DNA of 63,810 nt, counting the filler. It is 6 parts of 6 records of this genome, joined end to end, with 100 filler letters (N's around TTAATTAATTAA, not from the genome) between each part and the next. Parts side by side here need not be neighbours in the genome. Positions count along the whole stretch, not along the records: positions 29,243 to 47,237 come from SRR31156797_6792; 5 more parts are not named here. The stretch is one strand, 5' to 3'. Position 1 is the stretch's first letter. Each line of letters starts with the position of its first letter. The translations under genes were made by a program, and so were the position numbers. Shown here piece by piece: positions 31,377-41,042 of this stretch. Below the pieces are notes generated by a model. It worked only from the letters and a program-made list of their open reading frames with translations. It was not told where the DNA came from and searched no databases.

Positions 31377-34300
31377 TAAAAACTATTCACCTTCTGTAAA
31401 TATTATTAGAGATAAGGATATCTCCTTGAATTATATCGTAACACCAAATGCAGAACAAGTTGCTAAATCTATCGCAACGGGATATAATGAAACAGGACAT
31501 TGCTTTAACATTATTGGTTCTTATGGAACCGGTAAATCAAGTTTTATATGGGCTTTAGAACAAAATCTAAATAGAAAAGAGGAGTTCTTTTTTCAATCTG
31601 GAGAATATTTCAATGAAGCAAAAGATTTTGATTTTATTAACTTAATAGGTTCGTATTCTTCTTTAACGGAAAGTTTAGGGAAACATTTAGGTACTGAATC
31701 AAATAAAGGAAAAGATGTTCTTAGTGCATTAGACCAATATTATTTAAAATGTAAGAGCGAAGGAAAATTCCTATTTATTGTTATTGATGAATATGGAAAG
31801 TTCTTGGAATATTCAGCAAAGAATGACATTGAAGAAAATATCTATTTCATACAGCAACTTGCTGAATATGTAAATGATCCAAAACGAAATATTATTCTTC
31901 TAACCTCATTACACCAAAGTTTTTCTCAGTATGGTTCCGCGCTTAATAGAAAAGAACAAGATGAATGGCAAAAAGTAAATGGTCGATTCATTCATATTAC
32001 TTTTAATGAGCCTGTGGAACAATTGCTTTATTTGGCTGGAGAGAGAATTAAGCAATGGAAGTTTGAAAAAAGCAAACTGGATGAAATTTCATCGATTAAT
32101 CAGGCGATACTAGATTCTAAAATTATAAAAAATTATGCCAATTATGATTTAGATTACGCTTCGGCATTGTATCCGATGGACTTGGCTTCTGCCAATTGTC
32201 TTACTCGCGCATTACAATCATACGGGCAAAATGAGCGTTCGTTATTTACTTTTCTGAACAGAAAAGAAGCTAATTCGTTGTATGATTTTGCTAAGAAATC
32301 GAAGTGGTATAACCTGAACAAAGTCTATGATTTTTTAGTACAAAACTTTTATGGCGCTATTATTAGTAGTAGTAATCCTGACAAAAATGGATGGGACGCC
32401 ATAAGAATAGCCTTGGAAAAGGTAGAAACTGGTTTTACCAAAGACATTAGACTTGCTGAAAAGTTGGTTAAAACTATTGGTTTATTAAGTATCTTTTCAT
32501 CCCAAGGTGGGAAAATCAATCCCGATTTATTACTAGCCTACTTCTTTGAAAATGATAAAAAGAAAGTCGAGAGTATACTAAAGCAATTAGAGCTAAAACA
32601 AATCATTCGTTACAGAGAGTTTTCGGAAAGATTTATTCTTTTTGAAGGAACAGATTTGGATTTTGACAAAGCGATGCTAGAAGCTGCTGTCAAGGTTACA
32701 AAATCGAATGATATTTCCAGACATTTAGAAAAATATTATCAGTTACCTGTTTTACTTGCTAAGTCTGTTAGCTACACCAGAGGGACTCCAAGATTTTTTG
32801 CTTATAAAATATCGGATACTCCACTTGCTCAACAAGCAAAAAGTGAATTGGATGGGTATGTTAATTTGATTTTCACGGAGCAAAATGTAACTGATAAAAT
32901 CAAAGATGTAAGTCTAAAATATCCAAGTAATCTTTATGCCTTCTTTAATAGAACTGAAGAAATTAAAAGCATACTTTGGGAAATAGATAAAACAGAATAC
33001 GTAATCAATGAAAATTCTGAAGATCTTGTTGCTTGTAGAGAATTGGAAAACCTAAAAGAAAAACTTGAAAATGATTTAAGTAAAGAGGTTCTCAATAATT
33101 TAACAAGTGAGAATGTAAGCTGGTATAGAAGTGGGGAAAGCATTTTAATTGAATCACAAAAAGAATTAAATCGAGAACTATCGAGAATTTGTGAGGATGT
33201 TTATCATCAGACTCCTACTCTTCGAAACGAACTCATTAACAGACACAAAGTTAGTCCTGCAATTGCAACTGCTCGAAGAAATTATATGCGTGCATTAATT
33301 CATCATTCGGATCAAGTAGATTTAGGATTTGCAGCCCATAAATACCCTGCAGAAAAAACAATCTATTTAAGTTTACTAAAGGACACTCAAATTCATCAAC
33401 ATTTCGCAGAAAGTAAATGGGAATTTGAAGCTCCTGATGAAGATGGTGTATTTCATGGTTTGTGGCAAAAATCAATGGAAATTCTAAATCGAGCTAAACA
33501 AGAAAAAATTAATCTGCAGGTATTTTACGATGAATTTTCTACAGCGCCTTTCAAGTTAAAAGATGGATTCCTTTCCTTTTGGATACCAAGTTTTTTGCAT
33601 ATTCAGCAAGATAATTTCGCTTTATTTAATAGCAAAGGTTATGTACCCTTCTTAACAGAAGAAGTTTTTGAACTCATTCAGAAAAGTCCGAAAGAATATA
33701 GCCTTAAAACATTTTCGGTTGAAGGGGTTAAGCTAAACTTACTGAATACATATCGTACTTTAATTAATAAAAAGCACGAAATAAGTGGAAAAAGATCTGT
33801 TTATATAGAAACGATTCGACCCTTATTTGTTTTTTACAGGGAACTACCCGATTATACAAAAAGAACAAAAAACTTGCCGATTGAGGCAATTCAGTTCCGA
33901 GAAGCTATTGCCAAGGCTCAGGACCCAGAAACAGCTTTTTTTGTAGATATACCAAAGGCATTAGGATATTCGGGACTAGACTTAAAAAATGAAAACATAG
34001 ATTTAGATGATTATACTCTTCAGTTAAAATCTGTGATAAGAGAATTGCGAGAATGCGAGCAAAATTTGATTGAACAAGTAGAAGATAAGTTTAAGAAAAT
34101 TGTAGGTGCATCAAATAGACCTTTTAAAGAATACAAAAATCAGCTAGAGACTCGATTCGATGATATAGACATACAAATCATCCCTCCTCATTTGAAGAGG
34201 CTGTTACAGAAATTTAGAATGCCTAGCTCAAAAAAATCTGATTGGATAAAAAGCATTTACAATAGTTTGTTCAATAAAAATTTCTCAGAGATCAGAGATG

Positions 34301-34581
34301 AAGAAATTTCTATATTTATTACTAAATTCAAGAAATCGTTTCAGCAGTTAGAACGATTGGTTGATATTCACAAACTAAATACTACTCGAAGTTATGAAAG
34401 TGTTTATGCAGTAGATATCATTGACCAAACTGGTACTGTAAAACAAGAACGAATTGTTTTTCCAGAAGAAGTTTCAGATGTTTACCTGAAATCTGAAAAT
34501 GAGATTGAGAAACTCATAAAGAAACTACAACCAGAGGAACAAAAGGCTTTACTATTGAGAAAACTTCAGGAATTAATATAG
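31369..34581 (+). CDS. Large P-loop ATPase, SspC-like
   Basis: SVNI.RD N-terminus, Walker A GSYGTGKSS, Walker B IVIDEYGKFLE, QNERSLF.FL; 8-nt overlap with the DUF4007 gene. Confidence 0.8.
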   Translation: MDNKNYSPSVNIIRDKDISLNYIVTPNAEQVAKSIATGYNETGHCFNIIGSYGTGKSSFIWALEQNLNRKEEFFFQSGEYFNEAKDFDFINLIGSYSSLTESLGKHLGTESNKGKDVLSALDQYYLKCKSEGKFLFIVIDEYGKFLEYSAKNDIEENIYFIQQLAEYVNDPKRNIILLTSLHQSFSQYGSALNRKEQDEWQKVNGRFIHITFNEPVEQLLYLAGERIKQWKFEKSKLDEISSINQAILDSKIIKNYANYDLDYASALYPMDLASANCLTRALQSYGQNERSLFTFLNRKEANSLYDFAKKSKWYNLNKVYDFLVQNFYGAIISSSNPDKNGWDAIRIALEKVETGFTKDIRLAEKLVKTIGLLSIFSSQGGKINPDLLLAYFFENDKKKVESILKQLELKQIIRYREFSERFILFEGTDLDFDKAMLEAAVKVTKSNDISRHLEKYYQLPVLLAKSVSYTRGTPRFFAYKISDTPLAQQAKSELDGYVNLIFTEQNVTDKIKDVSLKYPSNLYAFFNRTEEIKSILWEIDKTEYVINENSEDLVACRELENLKEKLENDLSKEVLNNLTSENVSWYRSGESILIESQKELNRELSRICEDVYHQTPTLRNELINRHKVSPAIATARRNYMRALIHHSDQVDLGFAAHKYPAEKTIYLSLLKDTQIHQHFAESKWEFEAPDEDGVFHGLWQKSMEILNRAKQEKINLQVFYDEFSTAPFKLKDGFLSFWIPSFLHIQQDNFALFNSKGYVPFLTEEVFELIQKSPKEYSLKTFSVEGVKLNLLNTYRTLINKKHEISGKRSVYIETIRPLFVFYRELPDYTKRTKNLPIEAIQFREAIAKAQDPETAFFVDIPKALGYSGLDLKNENIDLDDYTLQLKSVIRELRECEQNLIEQVEDKFKKIVGASNRPFKEYKNQLETRFDDIDIQIIPPHLKRLLQKFRMPSSKKSDWIKSIYNSLFNKNFSEIRDEEISIFITKFKKSFQQLERLVDIHKLNTTRSYESVYAVDIIDQTGTVKQERIVFPEEVSDVYLKSENEIEKLIKKLQPEEQKALLLRKLQELI

Positions 34582-35760
34582 ATGGCAAAAATTAAACATG
34601 TACTGGGAATTAGCGGAGGAAAGGACAGTGCTGCCCTCGCCATATACCTGAATAAATTATACAGCAAGAAAGATCTTCCTATTGAATATTACACTTGTGA
34701 TACTGGTAGAGAATTGGCTGAGACTTATGTTCTAATTGAACAATTGGAACATGAGTTACAGATATCTGTAAAAAAGTACCAGGATAAAAATTACCAGAGT
34801 ACTAATGAGGATAATCCGTTTGACTTCTACTGGAAAAAATACGGAGGCTATCTGCCTGCACAAAATGCAAGATGGTGTACAAAAAGTTTAAAACTCGCAC
34901 CGTTTGAATCTGAGATTGGAGATACTCCAGCTATTTCGTATGTTGGAATTCGAGGAGATGAAGACAGAGAAGGTTATATTTCGACCCGCCAGAATATTCA
35001 ATCTATTTTTCCATTCCGTAGAAATATTTGGAGTGTAGATGTTATCAATAAAGTATTGCACAATTCTAAAATTGATGAAGTTTCGGAATATTACCAAAAG
35101 CATCTAGATGGAGCTGTACTTGATAAGGTCATAGAAATTGTGAAACAAGAGATTTCGCCTTTTTTCTCCACCAGACAAAAGCTAGATGCTTTACTTGATG
35201 TTCATGTTATTGGATTTAATAAAGTTGTTTTTGATTGGTTAAAAACAACTGACTACCCAGTAGGACAGTTGGATTATTTTCCTTTGGTTGAAAATGAAGA
35301 TATTTTAGTTCGACAAGACATTTTTGATTTGATTGAGGAAAGTAATGTGGATTTACCCAATTACTATCTACCAAGGGAATATGAAGTGGATGGTGAAAAG
35401 GGAAAATACTTTAGAAGTAGATCTGGCTGCTTTTTCTGCTTTTATCAGCAAAAGATAGAATGGGTTTGGCTATTAGAACAGCATCCGCATTTGTTCCAAG
35501 AAGCAATGAAATATGAAAAAGATGGTTACACTTGGATACAGGGTGAAAGCCTGGAACAGCTATCTGAACCTGAACGAGTAAATCGCATAAAAAGAGAACA
35601 CCTTAAGCGTATGAAGAGGCGTTATGAAAATCTGCAGACTAAAACAAGTTGGCAAGATGATATTTTAGGAGTGAAAAAGGAGAAGAATTCAGCTGATCCG
35701 AATTGGTTAGATGAATTGTTGGATGCTGAGGGTGATGGTTGTGCAAGTTGTTTTATTTAG
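34582..35760 (+). CDS. PAPS-reductase-family ATP pyrophosphatase/sulfurtransferase, SspD/DndC-like
   Basis: PP-loop SGGKDS, DTG.E, RWCT..LK..P, GIR.DE, RSGCFFC, C-terminal CASC; starts immediately after the ATPase stop. Confidence 0.85.
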   Translation: MAKIKHVLGISGGKDSAALAIYLNKLYSKKDLPIEYYTCDTGRELAETYVLIEQLEHELQISVKKYQDKNYQSTNEDNPFDFYWKKYGGYLPAQNARWCTKSLKLAPFESEIGDTPAISYVGIRGDEDREGYISTRQNIQSIFPFRRNIWSVDVINKVLHNSKIDEVSEYYQKHLDGAVLDKVIEIVKQEISPFFSTRQKLDALLDVHVIGFNKVVFDWLKTTDYPVGQLDYFPLVENEDILVRQDIFDLIEESNVDLPNYYLPREYEVDGEKGKYFRSRSGCFFCFYQQKIEWVWLLEQHPHLFQEAMKYEKDGYTWIQGESLEQLSEPERVNRIKREHLKRMKRRYENLQTKTSWQDDILGVKKEKNSADPNWLDELLDAEGDGCASCFI

Positions 35761-35802
35761 TAATAATTATTGTTTTTTATAAATACTAACCCTATTAAAA
35801 CG

Positions 35803-36597
35803 ATGGATACTTATTTAAAGATTTTCACATGCAAATTGACCGTATATACATTAATAGTTATCCTATTGATTATTCTTTCATTATGGATTTTTGGTACGGA
35901 TAACCAGTTATTATTGGTCGCAATCTCTATTGGAACTTCGGTTTATGCTAGTTTTTTAGTGGGAGCATTCTTTCAAAACCTAATGAAAGAAGAATTCTCT
36001 AAGGAGCATTTTCAAATAATGCAGCATAAAGATGCATTTAATGAATCAGGAATAATACAATACAGTGGCAGCTTTAGTGATATATTAGATGACCTTAGAT
36101 TGACTGTTGCTGATTCTAAGGAGGTGACAATATATATAGCTTATGGTAGAACCGTTCTTAGTAACCTAAAGGAATCCATAAATAAACTACTAAATACAAA
36201 AGACACTACTTTAAATATTTATCTGCTAGATAAGGAAAATCCTTTTGTTAATGCATATGAAAAGCTATGGGGATATGGAGAAGGCAAATTATCTACATTA
36301 ATTGATGATTCAAATGAACTATTGGTAACTAAGATTAAAGAATTAAAAGAACAAAATGAATTGAGAGGTAAATTACACCTCTATTCCAATAAGAAATATC
36401 CAATCCATTCATCTTTTTACATCTGTGATAATGTTATTTATTTTGTACCGTCGAAACATAATGGATCAAGGGATTTCGTGCCACAAGTAGTTAAAGCTCA
36501 AAAGACGATCAATAAAAAATCACTTTTTAATAAAGTGACAAAGGACCTTGAGGAAATGAGAAAGAATTGTGAGCTAACAGCTTATAAAGAAAATTAA
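35803..36597 (+). CDS. 2-TM protein with cytoplasmic PLD-fold-like (DUF5919-like) domain
   Basis: Two N-terminal TMs, then an alpha/beta pattern (SKEVTIYIAYG, LNIYLLD.ENP, LHLY, FYICDN.IYF); ATG at 35803; the domain call is inference. Confidence 0.55.
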   Translation: MDTYLKIFTCKLTVYTLIVILLIILSLWIFGTDNQLLLVAISIGTSVYASFLVGAFFQNLMKEEFSKEHFQIMQHKDAFNESGIIQYSGSFSDILDDLRLTVADSKEVTIYIAYGRTVLSNLKESINKLLNTKDTTLNIYLLDKENPFVNAYEKLWGYGEGKLSTLIDDSNELLVTKIKELKEQNELRGKLHLYSNKKYPIHSSFYICDNVIYFVPSKHNGSRDFVPQVVKAQKTINKKSLFNKVTKDLEEMRKNCELTAYKEN

Positions 36598-36599
36598 GT

Positions 36600-37136
36600 A
36601 TGAATATTTGTTTTATAGATTTTGAGACTACAGGTATAGATGTATTTAAGGACAACCCTGTTGAATTTGGAGCTGTATTAGTAAATGAAGAGCAGGAAAT
36701 AATAAAGGAATTTCATTCCTTTATTACATTAAGAACTAAAAGAAAATTTTCTGCGCAATCAAAAGCAATACACGGATTAGATGAAACAAATTTAATTGAT
36801 AGTTGTGAGCAAAAAGAGATGTTGGTTCGATTTTTTGATGAATTTGGAACTAATTATCGATTTGCTGGTTGGAATATTAATTTTGATGTTTCATTTTTTC
36901 GCAGAATGTGTCACCTGAACAATTTTATGCGAGAGTATAATAAAATTTATCATCGACATATTGATGTCCAATCTATCTCCTATTTTTTATCACAGAAAGA
37001 GATTTTACCTGACAGGGAAAAATCGTTGAGTGATTTGGTTGATATATTTGACCTAGAGAGAAGGGAAAAGCATAGTGCAATTGAGGATGCTCGGTTAACT
37101 TTTGAGGTATATAGGAAATTAATGGCTATCGGGTAG
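36600..37136 (+). CDS. DEDDh 3'-5' exonuclease (DnaQ-like)
   Basis: ExoI IDFETTG, ExoII N..FD, ExoIII HSAIEDA. Confidence 0.9.
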   Translation: MNICFIDFETTGIDVFKDNPVEFGAVLVNEEQEIIKEFHSFITLRTKRKFSAQSKAIHGLDETNLIDSCEQKEMLVRFFDEFGTNYRFAGWNINFDVSFFRRMCHLNNFMREYNKIYHRHIDVQSISYFLSQKEILPDREKSLSDLVDIFDLERREKHSAIEDARLTFEVYRKLMAIG

Positions 37137-37147
37137 ATAGCCATTAA
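37119..37147. terminator. Hairpin at the junction of convergent operons
   Basis: TTAATGGCTATC-GGGTA-GATAGCCATTAA, a 12-bp perfect stem overlapping the exonuclease stop. Confidence 0.55.
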
Positions 37148-37180
37148 AAAGCAATGTTAAGTATTGAAAATAAGGAATAA

Positions 37181-38434
37181 TTATTTTTTATATTTTATAC
37201 CAAGTTTATCCAAAAGTCCTGTTTCAGAAGCAATATCGTATGTTAGTTTAGATAAGGGACGTTTACTGAATTCGTTAATATTAATATAATTGCCTAATAT
37301 TAATCTTGCAAAATCTTTAGTTTGAAATAGTTTATTTGAATCTTCATTAATATTTTGGATGTGATCAATTTTTATTCTATTTAAATCATCAAGTCTATCT
37401 TTATTATAAAGAAATGATTTCAAAGAGATTTCCTCAACACAATCAGAATGAAATGCATACAGTTCATTTATTTTAAAAGTTTGGATTGTTTTGTTTGTTT
37501 TTGATCTCATTTCTTCAGAAATATTATCACGCACCTTTATTTCATAATTTATTTTTCTATTAAACATTGTTAACTCTTTGACTTCTTTAATTTTTGATGG
37601 AATTATTACAAATTCTGCATATTTATGAAAAGAATCAATATATGGATGAATATGAGGTTCCGAAAAGAAGTCAAAATCATTTTTCAAATCTGAATTACAC
37701 ACATGACAACTTGGAATTAAATTGCCAATGGATAACGCTAAAAAAGGATAAATTGATTGAGGGTAAAAATGATCTAAAGCAGGACGCGTACTAGCATCTT
37801 TAGTATTGAGAAAATTGATGAAATTCCTGTTGCAATATGGACAAACGCTAATTTCTATCGCTTCAACAAGAGCATATGCTCCCCAACCTACTTTACTTTT
37901 AGAAAAACTTTTGTAATTGAAAATTTTGAATAGGCGACTTTCAAAATCTGATACTTTAATTCTTTTTGCATCATCTTTCAATTTTTTCCTAAGATTTTCT
38001 TTAGTTGTTTTGTTTGCTTTATTATTATATACAGCTAAAGCTTCTTCTGAATCTGAATGTATGCTAATATAAAGTTTTAGGTTGCTTATTATTTCACTTA
38101 TTTCATCATCTGATACATTTTCAAAATTCTCTTTGTTATTTAAGGTTAATTTTATTTGCCTAATTAAAGTAGTATCTGAAGTGTTATTAATACCGTGATA
38201 AAGCGTGATCCATTCTTTTAAATCCCAATTTTTAGGATGTCCAATTAAAATATTTTTAAGAATTGCATTATCGTTCTCAATTAGATAATTGTAAAAATTC
38301 CTTTCCGAAGCATCTATATTTTGGTCTCTTGAATAATTAATTAAATTCCTATAACCAGATGATTCGAAAAAAAAATTTAAGTGTTTATTTAAAGATTCTT
38401 GTTGAATAAAATTTAATTTAATCATAAGCTTCAT
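37181..38434 (-). CDS. HNH endonuclease, PtuB (Septu)-like
   Basis: CPYCNR...LDHFYPQS.YPFLALS..NLIPSCHVCN; overlaps the upstream ATPase by 17 nt. Confidence 0.8.
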   Translation of the reverse strand: MKLMIKLNFIQQESLNKHLNFFFESSGYRNLINYSRDQNIDASERNFYNYLIENDNAILKNILIGHPKNWDLKEWITLYHGINNTSDTTLIRQIKLTLNNKENFENVSDDEISEIISNLKLYISIHSDSEEALAVYNNKANKTTKENLRKKLKDDAKRIKVSDFESRLFKIFNYKSFSKSKVGWGAYALVEAIEISVCPYCNRNFINFLNTKDASTRPALDHFYPQSIYPFLALSIGNLIPSCHVCNSDLKNDFDFFSEPHIHPYIDSFHKYAEFVIIPSKIKEVKELTMFNRKINYEIKVRDNISEEMRSKTNKTIQTFKINELYAFHSDCVEEISLKSFLYNKDRLDDLNRIKIDHIQNINEDSNKLFQTKDFARLILGNYININEFSKRPLSKLTYDIASETGLLDKLGIKYKK

Positions 38435-40370
38435 CTATTTTCATTAATTGATCATGATGCCATTGCTTAATTTGCTCTAGCCCTTCTTTAGTTAATTTAT
38501 GAGTATTTTGAATAATGATTTCGTGCATTTTTAAACGTATCATATCGTCTCCTATTTTATCAATAATAGTCATAAAACTATCTATATCCTCGGCGTTAAG
38601 ATTACTCTTTTTATCAGTAAGCCTATGTAGAATTTGATTTAGTTTACTGTTTGCAAATTCACCCAGAGTTCCATCCTCTAAGAAAAAGTGTTTATTAAAC
38701 AACATATAAATATTAGATCCAAAAGTATTTTTTTCTGTAAAATAATTTACCACCTTTTCTTTACCATCTGAATCTTGAATATTTTTAAGGAGAATTAGAT
38801 TTTCTTTTGGTAAATCAGCCACTAAAAAAGGTGAATGGGAAGTTAGAATTAATTGAACATTTTTATCTATGAAGATTCTATTAATAAAACCCATAATATC
38901 ATTTAAAAAGCATCTTTGCATTTCTGGATGAAAATATAGATCGCCTTCGTCAATACATATTAATACATTCTTATTTTTTACTTTGGAAATATTTGCAAAA
39001 ATATTTGAAAACAGATTTAGGTATGCTTTCATACCTGAACTAAGCTTAGCCCAATCGTGCTTTATGATTTTTATTTCGTTGAAAATCGAACAGTAATCAT
39101 CTAATTTAGAAATTAAATGATCATTAAACTTAAAAATAATACGATTACTAGAGCTACCTTCTTCTTTTTTGATTTTACTAATTTCATTTTTTTGAGGATA
39201 GGTGATCTCTAAAAGATTTAGAATGTCAGCCCATATTTTAAATTTTTTATCGAATAATTTTATATCTATTAGTTTAATAAACTTATATACAATTGGATTT
39301 AAAATATTAATAGGTTGTTCTGCAACTTTTCCTTTAGAATCTTCAGAAATTAGAACTTGGTATAATATCAAGTCAATAACATTAATATTGTATTTCTTAA
39401 GTAAATGTTGATTAAATTTACTTTTGTCGTCATCCCCTAAAATAGTATTTACCTTTAAGTCCTGAATGACTTCATGATCAAGTATTTCTTCAATTATCTC
39501 TGAATCTAGCTTTTGTTTTACTTCTCTTTTGTATTGCAAAGAAAACAAATAGGTAAAAACTGAATAGATAAGAGCGTAATGTAATGCATTAGTATCAGAA
39601 GTAAGTAAAGCTCTATAATATCTTCCTTTGAGACATTCGTAATTTTCATAAAGAAAATCTTTTTTAAAAGAATCGCTTATTAACTTCTCAGATTCAATTG
39701 TACACTCAAACAATAGATTATCCATATCTAATCTTGTCTCTACAGAACTGAGCTTTGCTCCTGGAGATTTCTTCCTTGAATATAAGTCTAATAAATAGTC
39801 TATTTTATTTGCTTGATTCTTTCTGTTTGTTTCGTATGATAAGTTACATACCTTATCGTTTCCATCGAATGAAAGTTCTCTACCATCTGAAACATTTGAG
39901 TAGAAAACACAATCCCAATATTTTTCAGGATCTTCGGATTTTTTCAACTCTGTTCTATTAAATATCTTTGCAGTAATCTTAGGTTTATTATAGATTATAT
40001 CGAGTTTATTCCAGATAAAAAACTCATTGTTATCTTCAAATATAAAAAAATAGCGACCTAATAAGTTTCTTCTTCCCGATACTATTGAGGTACACAAAAA
40101 ATCTAAGATATTACTTTTACCCGTGCCATTTTTTCCTATGATAGCCGATATTTCCTTAATTGATGTACCAAAAAAATTTGGTATATATTCATTGCTTTTT
40201 GCTATTGAAATATGGCAATCTTTATAGATTTTTTTATCTCTTGATTCCTTTTTAACAGGTTTTTTAATAGTTATTGATGGATCGAATGTTACAGTAAATT
40301 GACTTGAAAAATTTATTCCTATACTTGACATGTTTCTGTATTCGTCAATCCAAGCATATATTAATTGCAT
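38418..40370 (-). CDS. ABC/AAA_21-type ATPase, PtuA (Septu)-like
   Basis: Walker A GKNGTGKS, signature LSSG, Walker B/D-loop IDEGDLYFHPEMQ, H-loop TSHSPF, TFGSNI. Confidence 0.8.
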   Translation of the reverse strand: MQLIYAWIDEYRNMSSIGINFSSQFTVTFDPSITIKKPVKKESRDKKIYKDCHISIAKSNEYIPNFFGTSIKEISAIIGKNGTGKSNILDFLCTSIVSGRRNLLGRYFFIFEDNNEFFIWNKLDIIYNKPKITAKIFNRTELKKSEDPEKYWDCVFYSNVSDGRELSFDGNDKVCNLSYETNRKNQANKIDYLLDLYSRKKSPGAKLSSVETRLDMDNLLFECTIESEKLISDSFKKDFLYENYECLKGRYYRALLTSDTNALHYALIYSVFTYLFSLQYKREVKQKLDSEIIEEILDHEVIQDLKVNTILGDDDKSKFNQHLLKKYNINVIDLILYQVLISEDSKGKVAEQPINILNPIVYKFIKLIDIKLFDKKFKIWADILNLLEITYPQKNEISKIKKEEGSSSNRIIFKFNDHLISKLDDYCSIFNEIKIIKHDWAKLSSGMKAYLNLFSNIFANISKVKNKNVLICIDEGDLYFHPEMQRCFLNDIMGFINRIFIDKNVQLILTSHSPFLVADLPKENLILLKNIQDSDGKEKVVNYFTEKNTFGSNIYMLFNKHFFLEDGTLGEFANSKLNQILHRLTDKKSNLNAEDIDSFMTIIDKIGDDMIRLKMHEIIIQNTHKLTKEGLEQIKQWHHDQLMKIDEAYD

Positions 40371-40384
40371 ATTATTCTTGTATT

Positions 40385-40412
40385 AAAAAAGCTACTCCGT
40401 GAGTAGCCTTTT
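40385..40412 (-). terminator. Intrinsic terminator of the desulfurase-Pbe-like operon
   Basis: - strand AAAAGGCTACTC-ACG-GAGTAGCTTTTTT. Confidence 0.7.
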
Positions 40413-40490
40413 ATGTATTAATAATTTTCAGCGTCTTAAATAGTTTTACAAAACAACTCTCAGTAAATCAATGCAAAACACATTTATACT

Positions 40491-41039
40491 TTAAACTGAT
40501 AAAATCATTTTGTGATCTTCGACAGCTTCACTAACCTGCTGAACTTTTTTAAGAAACCATCTTTTCTCATTGAAGACAATCTTGTCAGTTTCGTATTGCT
40601 CCTGAAGCATTAATAAACCAGCATTGGTGTATTCAGCAAATTCTTCTCTTAATTGTCGAGCTCCTTTTTTAATATCATTTTCTTCAGCATTCTCCAGAGC
40701 TATGAAATCCAGATCCGTTTTAGCAACTAGAGCCATGAATATGTATCGCTGTAAGACTGTATAATCTTTACGATCGTATTGTTTTCCCTTTTTACCCCAA
40801 TGCTTAATTTCATGACTAAAATCGATTCTTTCACCTTCAATTGGAATGCGAGAGTTGCCGTATAAGCCTAGAAAAAATGCATAGATATACAGCTCATAAT
40901 TATTACTAAAAATTTTACCTGCATCTTCCTTGCCTTCTTCCGTACCGCTACCTTTCCTGGATAACTTAACAAATAAAGGTTCGTATATTTTATCGTATTT
41001 GGGAGCTTGTGATGCCCATCTATCAAAAAGTTCGTCCAT
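40491..41039 (-). CDS. Hypothetical protein in the PbeD position (phosphorothioation-associated)
   Basis: 182 aa; F..NYELYIYAFFLGL and EYTNAGL motifs; directly follows the SMC-like ATPase; assignment by gene order. Confidence 0.55.
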   Translation of the reverse strand: MDELFDRWASQAPKYDKIYEPLFVKLSRKGSGTEEGKEDAGKIFSNNYELYIYAFFLGLYGNSRIPIEGERIDFSHEIKHWGKKGKQYDRKDYTVLQRYIFMALVAKTDLDFIALENAEENDIKKGARQLREEFAEYTNAGLLMLQEQYETDKIVFNEKRWFLKKVQQVSEAVEDHKMILSV

Positions 41040-41042
41040 TTT

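Noticed and set aside
30516-35760. BREX (type 4-like) assignment for the DUF4007/ATPase/PAPS-reductase operon
   Set aside because: No PglZ, PglX or BrxL gene is recognisable on the contig; with the desulfurase, the set fits SspABCD better
37181-40490. Retron associated with the PtuAB-like pair
   Set aside because: No reverse transcriptase, and no msr-msd-like structure recognised nearby
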